From assembly GCF_006345805.1 (NCBI RefSeq), contig NC_042999.1, forward strand, positions 153,326,001-153,390,000: 64,000 bases of DNA, read 5' to 3'. The translations under genes were made by a program, and so were the position numbers. Origin of the DNA: Octopus sinensis (taxonomy: Eukaryota). This document shows, piece after piece, positions 1 to 13,910 of the stretch. The notes below the pieces were generated by a model. That model had not been told where the DNA came from. It saw only the letters and a program-made list of their open reading frames with translations, and made no database searches. How positions within the stretch are numbered: position 1 is the first letter of the stretch; every line of letters starts with the position of its first letter.

Positions 1-202
1 AGTAGAATTATTGATTGGACCGTTGTCCCTATAAGGAAGTATTGCCTTGCGGTATTTCTTGCAGTTCTTTCCGTTCAAACTCTGCCTCGGTCAACTTTGC
101 CTTTCATCTTTTCAGGGACGCCAAAAGTATCGGCTGGTATCAACTAAATCCCCACCCCCACAAAACTGCTAACCCTGTATCTATAGTAGCAAGGATCGTC
201 AT

Positions 203-250
<48 letters not shown>

Positions 251-1399
251 CACTACCACTACCACTACTACTATTGCTGCTGCTGCTGTTGTTGCTAAGC
301 AACAAGACGGGTAAGGGTGATTAGGTGATGGTCTAGGGTTTCGGGTCGGGAGACCCCAGACATTGGAAAAATAAACTTTGGTCGTCTTGTTGCAGTCGAG
401 GGCTCTTCGTTGACACCTGACACCACTGGGAGGTGGCCCTCGAAGTCGCTGGAAATGGAGATCTCCAGGTCCAAATTCTTGAACGGCTGCTGCTGCTGCT
501 ATCAGGATGCATGGCCTAATGGTTAGGGTGTTACACTCACGATCGCGGGATCGTGGTTTCAGTCCCTGGAGTGGTGCATTGCGTTCTTGAGCAATACCCT
601 TCATCTCAGTTTTTTCTGCGATCATTTCGAGACCTGACTAAAAGTAGAGAATTTTAGTATTTATCAAGTATTGAGATAAACGTCTACACATTCCTAAAAA
701 TCTTTGATACCTTTTGTTGTGTCCATTGTGAAACAGAATGATGCTAGTGGTGGTGGTGGTGGGTTGGTGGTGGTGGTGGTGGTGGTGGAGAAACAAGCGT
801 AAAGACACATACACACATCTATCTATATATCTGGGTGAATGTAGCAAAGATGGCACGTATGAATGACGAAGCCACCTTGACCATAATCCTAAGAACCCAG
901 AAAAATTTAAAACAGAGAGTTACTTACTTCCAAATAAATGTGTTAACATGTGACATTATTGATCGAGGTTACCGTGGTCTTTTGCGTAAGCTTTTCTTTC
1001 CACGGATAAACATTATCTGTTTCCCCCTTTACACTTTACATCATGACATTTCTGTGATACACGATCCCTATTGATCATTTTTTTTACGATCCCTTTTGAT
1101 CGAAAACCTACCCTCGCCCCTTTATTTCTCCCCAAAAAGACAAGCTCTACTTTGTAATTTGTCCCCTCTGTGTTCAGCCCCATGTGGCTAATAAAGAAAC
1201 ATATCTATCTGTTTATCTATCTATCTAGATATGATGGTTGGACTGGTAAGGATGTTCTGATCCTATGACCGTTCACATAGGATCAGATGTTGGACTCTCC
1301 CGTCGAGGATGACCTCTCAGTGTTCAGCTTTTACCTAACGACCTGCACAAATAATTTGTTTCTAGTGATCAAATGTACGTGCTGTACATCAGCTCTACC

Positions 1400-1765
<366 letters not shown>

Positions 1766-1852
1766 ACATATGCACATGAAGGGTTTCCACACAGTTTCCG
1801 TATACCAATTCACTGACAAGGCATTAGGTCAATTGCTGGCATTGGGTTATAG

Positions 1853-2053
1853 CAGTGCTTTTCAAACTTTTTGCTGGAGCGGAACCCCAAGGAAACATTC
1901 CACTGGCTCGAGGAACCCCTGTGCAATAATTTAATAGTCTTATGCACACGTATCTGCACAGGAGAATTAAAAATTACTGCCGATCTTAGCAGTTTTGTAA
2001 CTTCTTGCGGAACCCCTAGACTGTACTGGCAGAACCCTGGTTGAAAACCACTG
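1853..2053. mobile_element. hAT-type MITE
   Basis: TIRs cagtgcttttcaa / ttgaaaaccactg with a perfect 8-bp TSD GGTTATAG (1845-1852, 2054-2061); inserted in a SINE-C copy. Confidence 0.9.
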
Positions 2054-2350
2054 GGTTATAGTATAAGACAAGTGCTCAACGTGCCGTGCAGCAGATCAGA
2101 ACTCAAAACCATGTGCTTTGGATGCAAACCATCCAATCGAACAGTCATGATCTTAATCATAGTCATGCTTGAGAATAATTTTTATAAAATGAAAAACATT
2201 TCATTCAATAATCTTTTCAGAAATCCAGTTCTCTTAAGCTTTTCAATTTGGGATACGCTTTAGCGCCACGATTTCCTTTGACTGTATCCCAGTAAGACAT
2301 AAAAGTGGGCGTTCTAATGAGTTTATATTGAGAGTTAGCCTACTGGAAAT

Positions 2351-3270
2351 ACATTTCTTTATTGCCCACAGGGGTCTAAACATAGAGGGGACAAACAAAG
2401 AGATTAAGTCGATTACATCGACCCAGTGCGTAACTGGTACTTTATTTATCGACCCCGAAATGCTGAAAGGCAAATTCAACCTCGGCGGAATTTGAACTCA
2501 GAACGTAGCGGCAGACGAAATACCTATTTCCTATTTCTTTACTACCGCAAGGGACTAAACACAGGCAAACAAGGAGAGACAAACGGAATAAGTCGATTAC
2601 ATCGACTTCAGTGTGTAACTGGTACTTAATTTATCGACTCCGAAAGGATGAAAGGCAAAGTCGAGCTCGGCAGAATTTGAACTCAGAACGAAATACCTAT
2701 TTCTTTACTAACCACAAGGGGCTAAACACAGAGAGGACAAACAAGGACAGACAAACGGATTAAGTCGATTATATCGACTCCAGTGCGTAACTGGTACTTA
2801 TTTAATCGACCCCGAAAGGATGAAAGGCAAAGTCGACCTCGGCGGAATTTGAACACAGAACGTAACGGCAGACGAAATACCTATTTCTTTACTGCTCACA
2901 AGGGGCTACACACAGAGAGGACAAATAAGGACAGACAAACGGATTAAGTTGATTATATCACCCCAGTGCGTAACTGGTACTTATTTTATCGACCCCGAAA
3001 GGATGAAAGGCAAAGTCGACCTCGGCGGAATTTGAACACAGAACGTAACGGCAGATGAAATACCTATTTCTTTACTGCTCACAAGGGGCTACACACAGAG
3101 AGGACAAATAAGGACAGACAAACGGATTAAGTCGATTATATCAACCCCAGTGCGTAACTGGTACTTATTTTATCGACATCGAAAGGATGAAAGGCAAAGT
3201 CGAGTCGGCGGAATTTGAACTCAGAACGTAGCGGCATTTCGCCCTGCGCGCTAACGTTTCTGCCAGCTCA
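2351..3270 (-). mobile_element. tRNA-type SINE family A, five-unit concatemer
   Basis: One head (A box tggcagaaacgttagc, B box gagttcaaattcc) followed by ~180-bp units re-entering at ggtatttc. Confidence 0.88.
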
Positions 3271-3599
3271 AAAACCACGCAGTTACCGGCTTCTGTATCA
3301 AGCGAAATCGACCTCTCTAAATAGTACTTATGGGTTGAAAGCCTCGGAGTAATATTCATTACTGTAAATCGAACAAACAAACAAACAAACTCCTAAATTT
3401 CACATGTTTTGACAGACATTCTCTAGAACAATACTCTGTGCAAATCCCAAAATATGGCACCCTAGTCATGACACAACTCAGACTTCTAACTTGTTGTCTA
3501 TTGAGGTCTCTAGGTGAAATTTGGAGTCAACTTGTACAAATACCAAGCAAAAGTCAAATATAATAATCGAAAAATAAGGGGTGTTACCTTTGTTCACGG

Positions 3600-3683
3600 G
3601 TAGAGTTTGAACTCAGAACGTAAAGATGGACGAAAAGCCGCTAAACATTTTGGCTGACGTGCTAACGATCCTGCCACCTAATC

Positions 3684-3769
<86 letters not shown>

Positions 3770-3980
3770 CCTTTCTACTCTCGGCACAAGTTCTGAAATT
3801 GTGAGGGAGGGGGCTAGTCGATAACATCAACTCCAGTATTTCACTGATACTTATTTTATCGACTCCGAAGGGTCAAAGGCAAATTGGATCTCGGCGGAAT
3901 TTGAACTCAGAACGTAAAGATGGACGAAAAGCCGCTAAACATTTTGGCTGACGTGCTAACGATTCTGCCATCTCACCCCC
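3600..3980 (-). mobile_element. SINE family A tail-B copy with a duplicated head, ending in (ATT)n
   Basis: 3607-3680 nearly matches 3900-3970. Further single family-A copies lie near 11626, 14085, 15725, 29866, 31848, 35565, 43620, 44700, 48640, 51585-51995, 54110 and 58100. Confidence 0.75.
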
Positions 3981-3982
3981 TG

Positions 3983-4061
<79 letters not shown>

Positions 4062-4092
4062 TTAATAATGATAATAATAATGATAATAATAA

Positions 4093-4645
4093 GTCCTCTG
4101 ATGCAGTTCCAGGCAGTGGCTCTCATGGCTTCTGATCTTAACTGATTGGAAGTGTTATCATGTACATTGTTTTGTCTTGGTATAAAAGATGGGCTACAGC
4201 AAATATTCTGCCCATACCACAGATTTGCTGGTCAGTTATTTGACCTTAACTAGTTAAGCATGTCCCTTAGCGGCTGGCGATATGTGCATCGCTGATCACG
4301 AGTAGAAGTAGTGGGGAGCATCATAGCCATGTGTTGAGAGGGATTATTTGGGGTTTGGATAATTCACCTCTGGAAACATGGGTGTTTCGCTCAACATCCT
4401 TAAACAACCCTTATTCAGGAACCTTTTGAGCGGGATGGGTTATTCGACCAGAAGAAAATTCTAACTGGGCCCCACCTGCAAGGTCAAGTGCTGTTTATCT
4501 TGATATGAGATCACCATGTTGTGCACATATGGTTGTGATGCATGTGTCTAGTGTACCCTTATCAGACGGGTTGTCATGATGGGTATACTGGGCTTCGTAT
4601 ATTTATCCCAGTGTCACTTTGATGGCATGCACTGCTCTCTCACTC
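4093..4645 (+). mobile_element. ~550-bp non-coding element embedded in (AAT)n, probably a retroposon 3' region
   Basis: Unique-looking block with (AAT)n arrays on both sides. One copy in the window, so identity is inferred. Confidence 0.45.
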
Positions 4646-4685
<40 letters not shown>

Positions 4686-4704
4686 TGATAATAATAATAA
4701 TAAC

Positions 4705-4735
<31 letters not shown>

Positions 4736-5289
4736 TGATGATGCTAAGATTCTCTCTGGTCGAACACAACTTCTCTATTCACAAACAATACAGAACAGCC
4801 CTTCCTTAATTTTTCTTAAGCCTAATAGTAGTAAACATCTGAATTTTTTTTGACCGATAGGACCCCACCTAAACAAAAAAAAATATCACTGATGGTGATG
4901 ATGATAATAATGATAATAATAGTGCTGATAATCTATCTATCTATCTACACACATACACACACTCAAAGAGTTCAACCAACACAAACCTCACCTCGGCTCT
5001 ATTGTTAACCAAATATGAAAGTATTATTTGACAGGCAAGAACTCTGGCGTTGAAGACAGTCAGCCAACCAACCACCAAGCCAGCCAACGATACAGACAGA
5101 CACTACTGTGATGGTGATAATGATAAAAAAACAAAAATAACAATAATAAGATACTGCTGTGACTACACATAAAACAATATCATTGATGATGATGGTGGTG
5201 ATGGTGATGGTGATGATGATAATGATGATGGTAATGGTGGTGATAATGATGATAGTGATAATAATGGTGATGATAATAACAATAATAAG

Positions 5290-8200
5290 CCGACTACGGC
5301 TGCTATAATGGTACGATTATAATTGTAACGGCAATGATGGCCGTCTCCCCACGAGCCAATCAAAGCTATAAAATGATAACATTATCGTAGCACCAAAATG
5401 TTTTTGGAAACTAAAAGGAAAACTAAATCAGTATACCAAATCGCTTGTCCTATGGTTAATCTGGAAGCGCGTCCCCCAGGGAAGAGCCAGCCTGGGATCG
5501 AAAAGTCATCAACTGGCACAAACTCTTCTCCGAATACGGACATGGATGGTCACTTGAACGGGAAATCCCCCAACTCGAGCCCTCCAAGTTCACCACCACA
5601 ACCACCACAGAAAGAAAATGTAAGCGGAACAAATGGACCCGAGAAGAGTATAAAGAAGTAATATACGCTTATTACTATGCATTAGGTAGGCCATCTCAAG
5701 AGAGACACACCGCAAACTCTCACAGTATATGGAGAACACGGAATCAAGACAGTAGGCCCTATTTGGACGAGAACAAATTAGCAAATGTGAGGAGGGATAT
5801 CCTTAGAAATAACAGACTCACAGACAGTGAAATAAGCGCGATCAAGCACGCAACGGAAAATGACATAAATATAAGACACAAAGGAAATGAAGAATCAGGT
5901 GAACAGTATAGCCCGCCACGAGGCTTAATTGAAAGACTGCCATCAGACCAAAGTAGGCAAAGGCCTGAAGATACAAGAAATTCTATTGTACCTGTTAAAG
6001 ATAGCCAGGAAAACGAAAAAACAACAGTAACTGAAGATCTCGCATTTGCTGAAGAACACAGAGTTGTAAGACATACAAGTATGAATGATAGAGAACCACT
6101 TCATAAACTCTCAAATACAAACCAAAATAAAAAAACAATCCAAATTGGCAACTATGTAACAAATGAAATAATACGAGAATTAAAACCTGATTTTACTGAG
6201 TTAAATGAAATTATTTACGCTTCTGCTAGGGCAATTGAAACCAGCTGTATGCCCCCGAAAAAACAAAGAAAACAAAACCTGGGAAGAAATCAAACCTGGA
6301 GAAGTAAAATTGAAAAAGAGATTGAATTTATGAGAGGGGAAATATCAATATTAAATTAACTAATATGTGGAAATGATGTAAGATCCAGAACAAGAAGAAA
6401 GATGAAGAGAAAATTTGGATCCTCACCAAGAGAAGAACTGATATCAATAAAAGAAACGCTGAAACAAAAAGTCCAAGCAAAAGCCCAATAATACGAAGAT
6501 TTGAGAAGAGAAACAAGTTTTACAAGCAAATAAGCTGTTCACATCTAATGCCAAAAAATTCTACAGAGAAATAGGGAAGGAGAAAGTAACCGTTAAAGAC
6601 CCCCCTCCCATGGAAGAAGTTCAAAACTTTTGGAAAAGGATTTGGAGTGACAAAAGAATAACTCCCAAAGAATAACGAAACCAACCTTCCAAAAAACTAT
6701 CGGCCTATAACCTGTCTATCCACCACGTATAAAATCCTAACATCTATCCTGGCGGAGAAAACATATGCATTCATGGAGAAGAACGATATTTTCCCCATTG
6801 AACAAAAAGGGTGCCGCCGAGGCTCTTACGGATGCAAAGATCAACTGCTAATCAATCGTATGATCCTTGAGAACTGTCACAACAAGCGTAGAAATCTCAG
6901 CACCGCATGGATTGACTATAAAAAGGCCTTCGACAGTATACCGCATCCATGGATCTTGAGATCGCAGGACATCTTCAAAATTTCCCCTGTGATTTCAAAC
7001 TTCCTGAAGCACAATATGTCGTTGTGGAATACGAATCTCCAATTATACCACTCTAATGGAGTACTTGCCTCAGAAAATATAAACATCAACTGTGGAATTT
7101 TTCAAGGTGACTCACTTTCACCTTTAATATTCTGCATAGCCCTAATACCCATTACAAGTGAATTAAACAGAACAGGGTATGGGTATAAAATTGCCAATAA
7201 AAAAATAAGCCATCTATTTTATATGGATGACTTAAAACTTTATGGTAAAGACAATAATGAACTTGAAGGCCTATTGCGCATGTGAAAGCATTCAGCGATG
7301 ACATCGGGATGGAGTTTGGACTTGAGAAGTGTGCCAAGGCCACTTTCCAGAAAGGGAAAGTGAAGACCACAAATTCAGTCGTGTTAGATGTTGACACAGT
7401 CATAAGAGAGCTTGAGCAAGAACAAACATACAAATATTTAGGGATAAATGAAGGCTCTGGTATTCAGCATGCAAGCATGAAAGAGAAAATCAGGAAGGAA
7501 TGTTATAGGAGAGTTCGTGCAGTCCTGAAATCTGAACTAAATGCACGTAACAAGGTGTTAGCTATAAATTCCTTAGCAGTTCCAGTTGTTACTTATAGCT
7601 ACAATGTGTTGAACTGGAATATGAGTGAAGTAAAGAATATAGATAGGAAAATACGCAAGCTGCTGAGTTGTAATAGGATGCACCACCCAAAGGCAGACGT
7701 AGATCGCCTTTACCTCCCCAGAGCCCAAGGAGGTCGAGGCCTGATCCAATTTGAACTAGCTTACAAAACAACCACAATTGGACTGGCCAAATATCTCGAA
7801 ATATCGAATGACTGGATGCTAAAGCTCGTGGAAAATCACGAGAGACGAAAGAAGCTTCATTCTATCATAAAGGAAAGCAAAAAATTTGCTATTGATCTCG
7901 TGCAGGATTCCCAAACTGAACAACCCGAGGGAAGTACGGCAACTATTGTTGCAAAGAAGGTAAAAATGATGGCAATGAAAAAAGCGCACGAGCAATTGGC
8001 TGATAGGTGGGAGGAGAAACCTCTGCACGGCAAATATGTGACCCACAGCAAACAAGCTGATGTTGACCAGAAGCAAACCCATCAGTGGCTACGGAGCTCA
8101 GGGCTAAAAGCAGAGAGTGAAGGTTTCATCCTGGCTGCTCAAGATCAAAGCCTATTAACCCGGAACTACCAGGCCAATGTGATGAAAAATGGAGCAGATC

Positions 8201-8945
8201 CAAAATGCCGATTCTGCAACGACATGATTGAAACAGTGGACCACCTAATCTCTGGATGTAAAGTCTTAGCACCAGTGGAGTATAAATTAAGACATGACAG
8301 AGTTGGCCAATATCTCCACTGGCTAATAAGTCGGCATTACAATATCAAAACTGCCGACAAGTGGTATAATCACCACCCTGAGGCTGTAACTGAAGGAGAA
8401 AATGTAACCATTCTGTGGGACTTTCCAGTACATACAGACCGAACCATCAAGGCCAATAAACCAGATATTGTTGTGAAAGACCAAAACAATAAAGTTTGCT
8501 TATTGATCGACATGAGCATCCCCTGTGATCATAATATCTCAGCGAAAGAGTTTGACAAGCTCAGAAAATATAAAGACCTACTCATTGAAATTGAGAAAAT
8601 GTGGCATCTCAAGGCGGTTACAATACCAGTGATCGTAGGAGCACTAGGAATGATCAAGAAGGGAACCGAAAATTATATGAGAATGATCCCTGGCTTACCA
8701 TCCCTGCAAGAAGTGCAAAAGAATGTCTTAACTGGTACATCACACGTATTGAGAAGAGCATTGTCGATGTGAGAACTGTTGCTGCTCATGTATTTTAATT
8801 TAACTTTAAAAAAAAAAAAAAAAAAAGAACGAACTACTGAGTTTGGTTAATGGCCTACCAATGTATACTATGAGTTTCTTTGCCCTAGGAGTCGGGAAGA
8901 CACTCGGCAAGAAATGGAAGCAAATTTGAAAGAAGAAAAAAAAAA
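5290..8945 (+). mobile_element. R4/Dong-type non-LTR retrotransposon (RT + REL endonuclease), near full length, inactive
   Basis: N-terminal Myb-like KWTREEYKEVIYAYY (~5632), RT motifs (NYRPITCL, GIFQGDSLSP, HLFYMDDLKLY), CCHC knuckle (CRFC...HLISGC), REL motifs (RHD, KPDIVV, KYKDL). Stops, frameshifts and an internal deletion at ~6660. 3' end runs into poly-A then (AAT)n. Confidence 0.9.
7282..8772 (+). pseudogene. Uninterrupted C-terminal 496-aa segment of the Dong-like ORF (RT thumb, zinc knuckle, REL)
   Basis: Open ORF in the track, continuous with upstream RT fragment 6773-7285 after one frameshift. Confidence 0.88.
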
Positions 8946-8963
8946 ATAATAATAATAATAATA

Positions 8964-9045
<82 letters not shown>

Positions 9046-9048
9046 AAG

Positions 9049-9080
<32 letters not shown>

Positions 9081-11557
9081 CTGAAGAGGTCACCCAGGCA
9101 CTGCAAAACTAAGCAACTGGAAGGCACCTGGGCATGACAAGATCCCCAAATTCTGGTTGAAATATCTAACAGGAATGCACGAAAAGCTGGCTGAAAATTT
9201 TAACAACATACTGGCAGAGCCAGAGACAATGCCTGAATGGCTCACGAAGGGGAAAACCATCTTAATTCCCAAATAGAATGAGACAGCAAAACCAGAAAAC
9301 TACAGACCTATAACCTGTCTCCCTACAATGTGCAAAGCATTTACTGCAGTAATATCACAAAGATTGAACAAGCACCTGGACGAAAACAACCTGTTCCCAG
9401 AAGAGCAGAAAGGATGCCGCAAAGGCTCATATGGCTGTAAAGATCAACTAATGATCAATAAAGCCATAACTGAAGACAGCCACAGAAAGAAGAAAGGCCT
9501 CAGTATGGCCTGGATCGACTACAAAAAGGCGTTTGATAGCATCCCCCACACAGGGATTCTCGAAACACTAGCCATGAACAAAGCTGCACCAACAATTATA
9601 AAGTACATAGGACACTCTATGAATAAATGGCAAACAGTGCTACAGCGCCAAACAAAAGAGGACTTGTGAAAACCAAAGCCATCCCCATTAGAAGAGGAAT
9701 ATTCCAGGGAGATACGCTCTCTCCACTCCTTTTCTGCTTGCCACTGTCACCTCTATCTGATATGCTAAACAGAACTGGATGCGGATATAAATGTTACGGC
9801 AAAAAGATCAGCCACCTTTTATGTATGGATGACCTAAAACTATACGCTACAAATGACAAACAGCTGGAAACACTACTAAAGACAGTTCATGGATTTACCA
9901 AAGAAATAGATATGAAATTTGGATTAGAAAAATGCGCCAAAGTAACCCTGAAAAGAGGAAAACTAATTATGAGTAGCAACACCACACTAGATAAAACCAA
10001 TGAAATAAAAGAATTAGACCAAAGCCAAACTTACAAATACTTAGGAATCCATGAACTAGATAAGACACAACACACACAAATGAAAGAGAAAATAAAAAAA
10101 AGAATATTATAGACGAGTTAGATCAATACTGAAAACAGAGCTCAATGCTAAAAACAAGATAATAGGTATCAACACTTTAGCTGTCCCAGTTATAAGTTAC
10201 AGCTACAATATCCTTAACTGGACACTAAATGAACTGACCAAAATAGATAGGAAAACAAGAAAAATAATGACAGGATCTAGGATGCATCACCCAAAATCTG
10301 ACATAGAAAGGCTATATATACAACGTATAGATGGTGGTAGAGGCCTTATACAGCTGGAAAACTACTATGAAATAAACACCATAGGACTGCAAAAATATCT
10401 ACTTCAGAAGGAAGGAAAACTGATACAAATAGCGGCAAAACACGAGCAAAACAAAAAACTGTTCTCAGTATTTAAGGAAGCTGACAAATACAAACAAGAA
10501 ATCATACCACCGAATAAATATGAAGAAGAAGAAGAGAAGAAGAAGAAGAAGAAGAGAAGAAGAAGAAGAAGAAGAAGAAGAAGAAGAAGAAGAAGAAGAA
10601 GAAGAAGAAGAAGAAGAAGAAGAAGAAGATGTATAAACAACAAAAGCTATAAAACAAATGAAATCCAAACTAAAAATAGAACAGCAAGGAACCATGATAA
10701 AACGATGGCAAGAAAAGCCCCTTCATGGCAAATACCGGACTAAACTAAATGCAAAAGAAATAGATAAAGAAAATCCCAACAATGGTTGAGAAGCTCAGGA
10801 CTCAAAGCAGAGACAGAAGGATTTTTAATTGAAGCACAAGACCAAAGCCTCCCCACCAGAAATTACCAAAAACATATAATGAAAAGAAATATAACAAGTA
10901 ACTGCAGAATATGTGGAGATGGACAAGAAACAATAAATCATATTATCTCTGGCTGCCCAGTCCTGGCTAAGAGGGAATATATTCAGAGTTGGGACCTATA
11001 TACACTGGAAGCTATGCCAACATTATGGAATAACAACAGAAAAAAGATGGTATAGGCACACAACATAAAAGTTCACAGAAAACGAGAAAGCAACCATACT
11101 CTGGGATATGCCAATACAGACAGATAGAGAAATTAAGGCCAACAGACCAGATATAGTTGTCAGAGATCATGAAGAAAAAAATGTTTTCTAATTAATGCAT
11201 CAATACCAGCGGATGACAACGTGTCTCTAAAAGAAATGGAGAAACTCTCAAAATACAAAGACCTGGAAATAGAGGTAACTAGAATGTGGAATCTGAAAAC
11301 AGAAACAATTCCTATCATAGTAGGTGCATTAGGCATGATAAAAAAATATTCAGACAAATACATAACAAAAACACCTGGACTTACAAACACATATAACATA
11401 CAGAAAATTGCACTACTAGGCACTGCACACATACTACGCAGAACACTTTCCATACAATAACCATCAGAGCATCACAACAAATCACAGCACATACCCAAGG
11501 CACACAGAGCTGCGCTCGGTAGTGAAGTGAAAGCACGATATAAAAAATATATTACTG
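9081..11557 (+). mobile_element. Second, 5'-truncated R4/Dong-type LINE (different subfamily), degenerate
   Basis: Starts in RT region 0 (WKAPGHDKIP), has GIFQGDTLSP, a mutated CMDD motif, CRICG...HIISGC and RPDIVV/KYKDLE, with many frameshifts. Flanked by (AAT)n(AAG)n(AAC)n and (AAT)n. Confidence 0.9.
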
Positions 11558-11565
11558 AATAATAC

Positions 11566-11626
<61 letters not shown>

Positions 11627-11822
11627 CCTTTCTACTAAAGGCACAAGGCCTGAAATTGTGAGATTGCATTGACCCCAATGTTACACTGGTACTTGATTTA
11701 TCGACCCCGAAAGAATGAAATGCAAATTCGGCCTCGGCATAATCTGAAATCATAACGTAAAACCGAAAGAAATGCCGCTAAGCATTTTGTCCGACACACT
11801 AAAAATTTTGTTCTCGTTTCAG

Positions 11823-12024
11823 GTGAGATTCATGGGCGAAAGCATCACCACCGTCATAAAAGAGTTGTTGGTGGCGAAAGAATAACTCCTGGCGACTTTC
11901 CTTGGTTGGTGTCCTTATATTTCGCAGGGAATCATCCTTTCCAAGTAAAATCCGGTTTCAAACATCTCTGCGGTGGCATTTTAATCCATCCACAGTGGGT
12001 CTTATCTGCTGCACACTGTTTTAA
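11823..12024 (+). CDS. Trypsin-like S1 serine protease, first visible coding exon (propeptide end, activation site, catalytic His)
   Basis: tttcAG|gt gag...ttt aa|GTAAGT. Translates (G)[33 protein letters not shown]...[20 protein letters not shown]. Phase 1 in, phase 2 out. Not in the ORF track. Confidence 0.95.
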
Positions 12025-13005
12025 GTAAGTTTCAATACATATATATATTTATATATATATACATTTTAACTGAGAAATCCGAAATAAAATTTTATTTTGT
12101 TCAAGTGGCGCATCACGTTTAGTGGAGAATATTACTCGTTTGAATTTTAAATCAAGGAGTAATGAAGGGGCACAGACCATACACATTTAGTATTTCTCTT
12201 TCCTACATATTAAAAAGGTCTTAAAATTTCTAGCCATAGGCAGCCATCTACAGCACCATTTCATCCTTATTTGAAATCGTCCGCATGGCATAACACTAAG
12301 CAAATAAATCACTTTTATGTGTATCTTTATATTTTATCTTTTACTTGTTTTAGGCATTAGACTACGGCCATGCTGGGGCACCGCTTTGAAGAACTTTTAG
12401 TCGAATGAATCGATTTCAGTACTTAGTTTTTAAAGCCTGGTAGTTATTCTATCGGTCTCTTTGGCCGAGTCGCTAAGTTATACACCAACACCGGTTGACG
12501 TAAATGCACCAACACCAGTTGTTAAGCGATGGTGGGAAACAAACACAGACTCGCAAGCACACGAGCTCGCGCGCGCACACATACATACATATACGACGGG
12601 CTTCTTTCAGTTTCCGTCTACAAAATTCACTTACAAGCATTTGGTCGGCCCGATGATATAGTAAAAAACACTGCGCTAAGGTTCCACGCAGTGAGACTGA
12701 ACCCAGAACCATGAACCACCCAGAACCACACAGCCACCGGATATCAGAGTCATCTTCTCTGGGTTTTTGTCTTTTATTCTTTTACTTGTTTCACTCATTT
12801 GACTGCGGCCATGCTGGAGCACAGACTTTAGTCGAACAAATCAACTCCAGGACTTATTCTTTGTAAGCCTAGTACTTATTCTATCGGTCTCTTTTACCGA
12901 ACCGCTAAGTTACGGGGACGTAAACACACCGACATCGGATGTCAAGTGATGGTAGAGTGACAAGCACACACACACATAAACACACACACACACACACACA
13001 CACAC

Positions 13006-13041
<36 letters not shown>

Positions 13042-13910
13042 CCACGGGCTTCTTTCAGTTTCCGTCCACCAAATCTACTCACAAGGCTTCGGTCGACCCG
13101 AGGCTATAGTAGAAGACACTTGCCCAAAGTGCCGATTGAACTCTGAACCATGTGGTTAAAGCAAGCTTTTTACCAAACAGCCACACCGTGTTTATAAATT
13201 GCAATACCTCTCCTTCTTGTGCTCTCTTTCACTCTTTCTATCTGCATGTGTATATTTCTGCGCGCGAATGCATGTATGTGGGTTATGAGCGGGTGTGTGT
13301 TTGCCTCGAATGCCAAGAGGTTCTCTTGCCAAAACAAGGCTGAATGTCTAGTGAGCTGTGCTAAATCATCTGCATCCAAACAACTCCATTAAACTTTTCA
13401 TTCCGATTACGATGTACCTACTTTCACAAGTGCCACATCAATTGACATATAAAAAATGGTTGTCACGCAATTTTATACTATGGTTACCAGAGATTGGGAT
13501 AATGGTGACAGAAAACTGGAAGTAAAAAAGAATTTTTTAGTTCCAGCTTAGTTCCAAGGAAATTAAGTATGCCTAATTATATACAACCTTAAGACCAATA
13601 TTACTGACTAATTTACGATAAAAGAAGCAAAGTTTTCTTGTCAAATCAGTGTTGTCTTTGTTGGTGTCTGGTACTGAAGAGAAATAACGAGTTCGAAATT
13701 CATTCACCAATGCAATAGAAATTGCTCTAAACTGACTATGCTGTTTTATTGCGCTTGGATCTAAAGAAAGACTTTTCTTCACGACAAAATGTAGTCAAAG
13801 GTCTTTTCCGGTTAAAATATCTTTCATACTTGAACAAGATTTAAGCGCGTAAAATTCTATGTTTATCTCGTGGTTTTAGATTAACTTTATTGTTGTTTCA
13901 TTTCTGGTAG

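Noticed and set aside
190-310. Candidate signal-peptide exon for the protease (poly-Leu from CTA repeats, phase-1 GTAAGG donor at 311)
   Set aside because: No in-frame ATG, two stops just upstream, weak acceptor, and the hydrophobic run is a microsatellite. The real first exon remains unlocated.
1257-1286. 11-bp perfect stem-loop
   Set aside because: Short, isolated and without functional context; too little to interpret.
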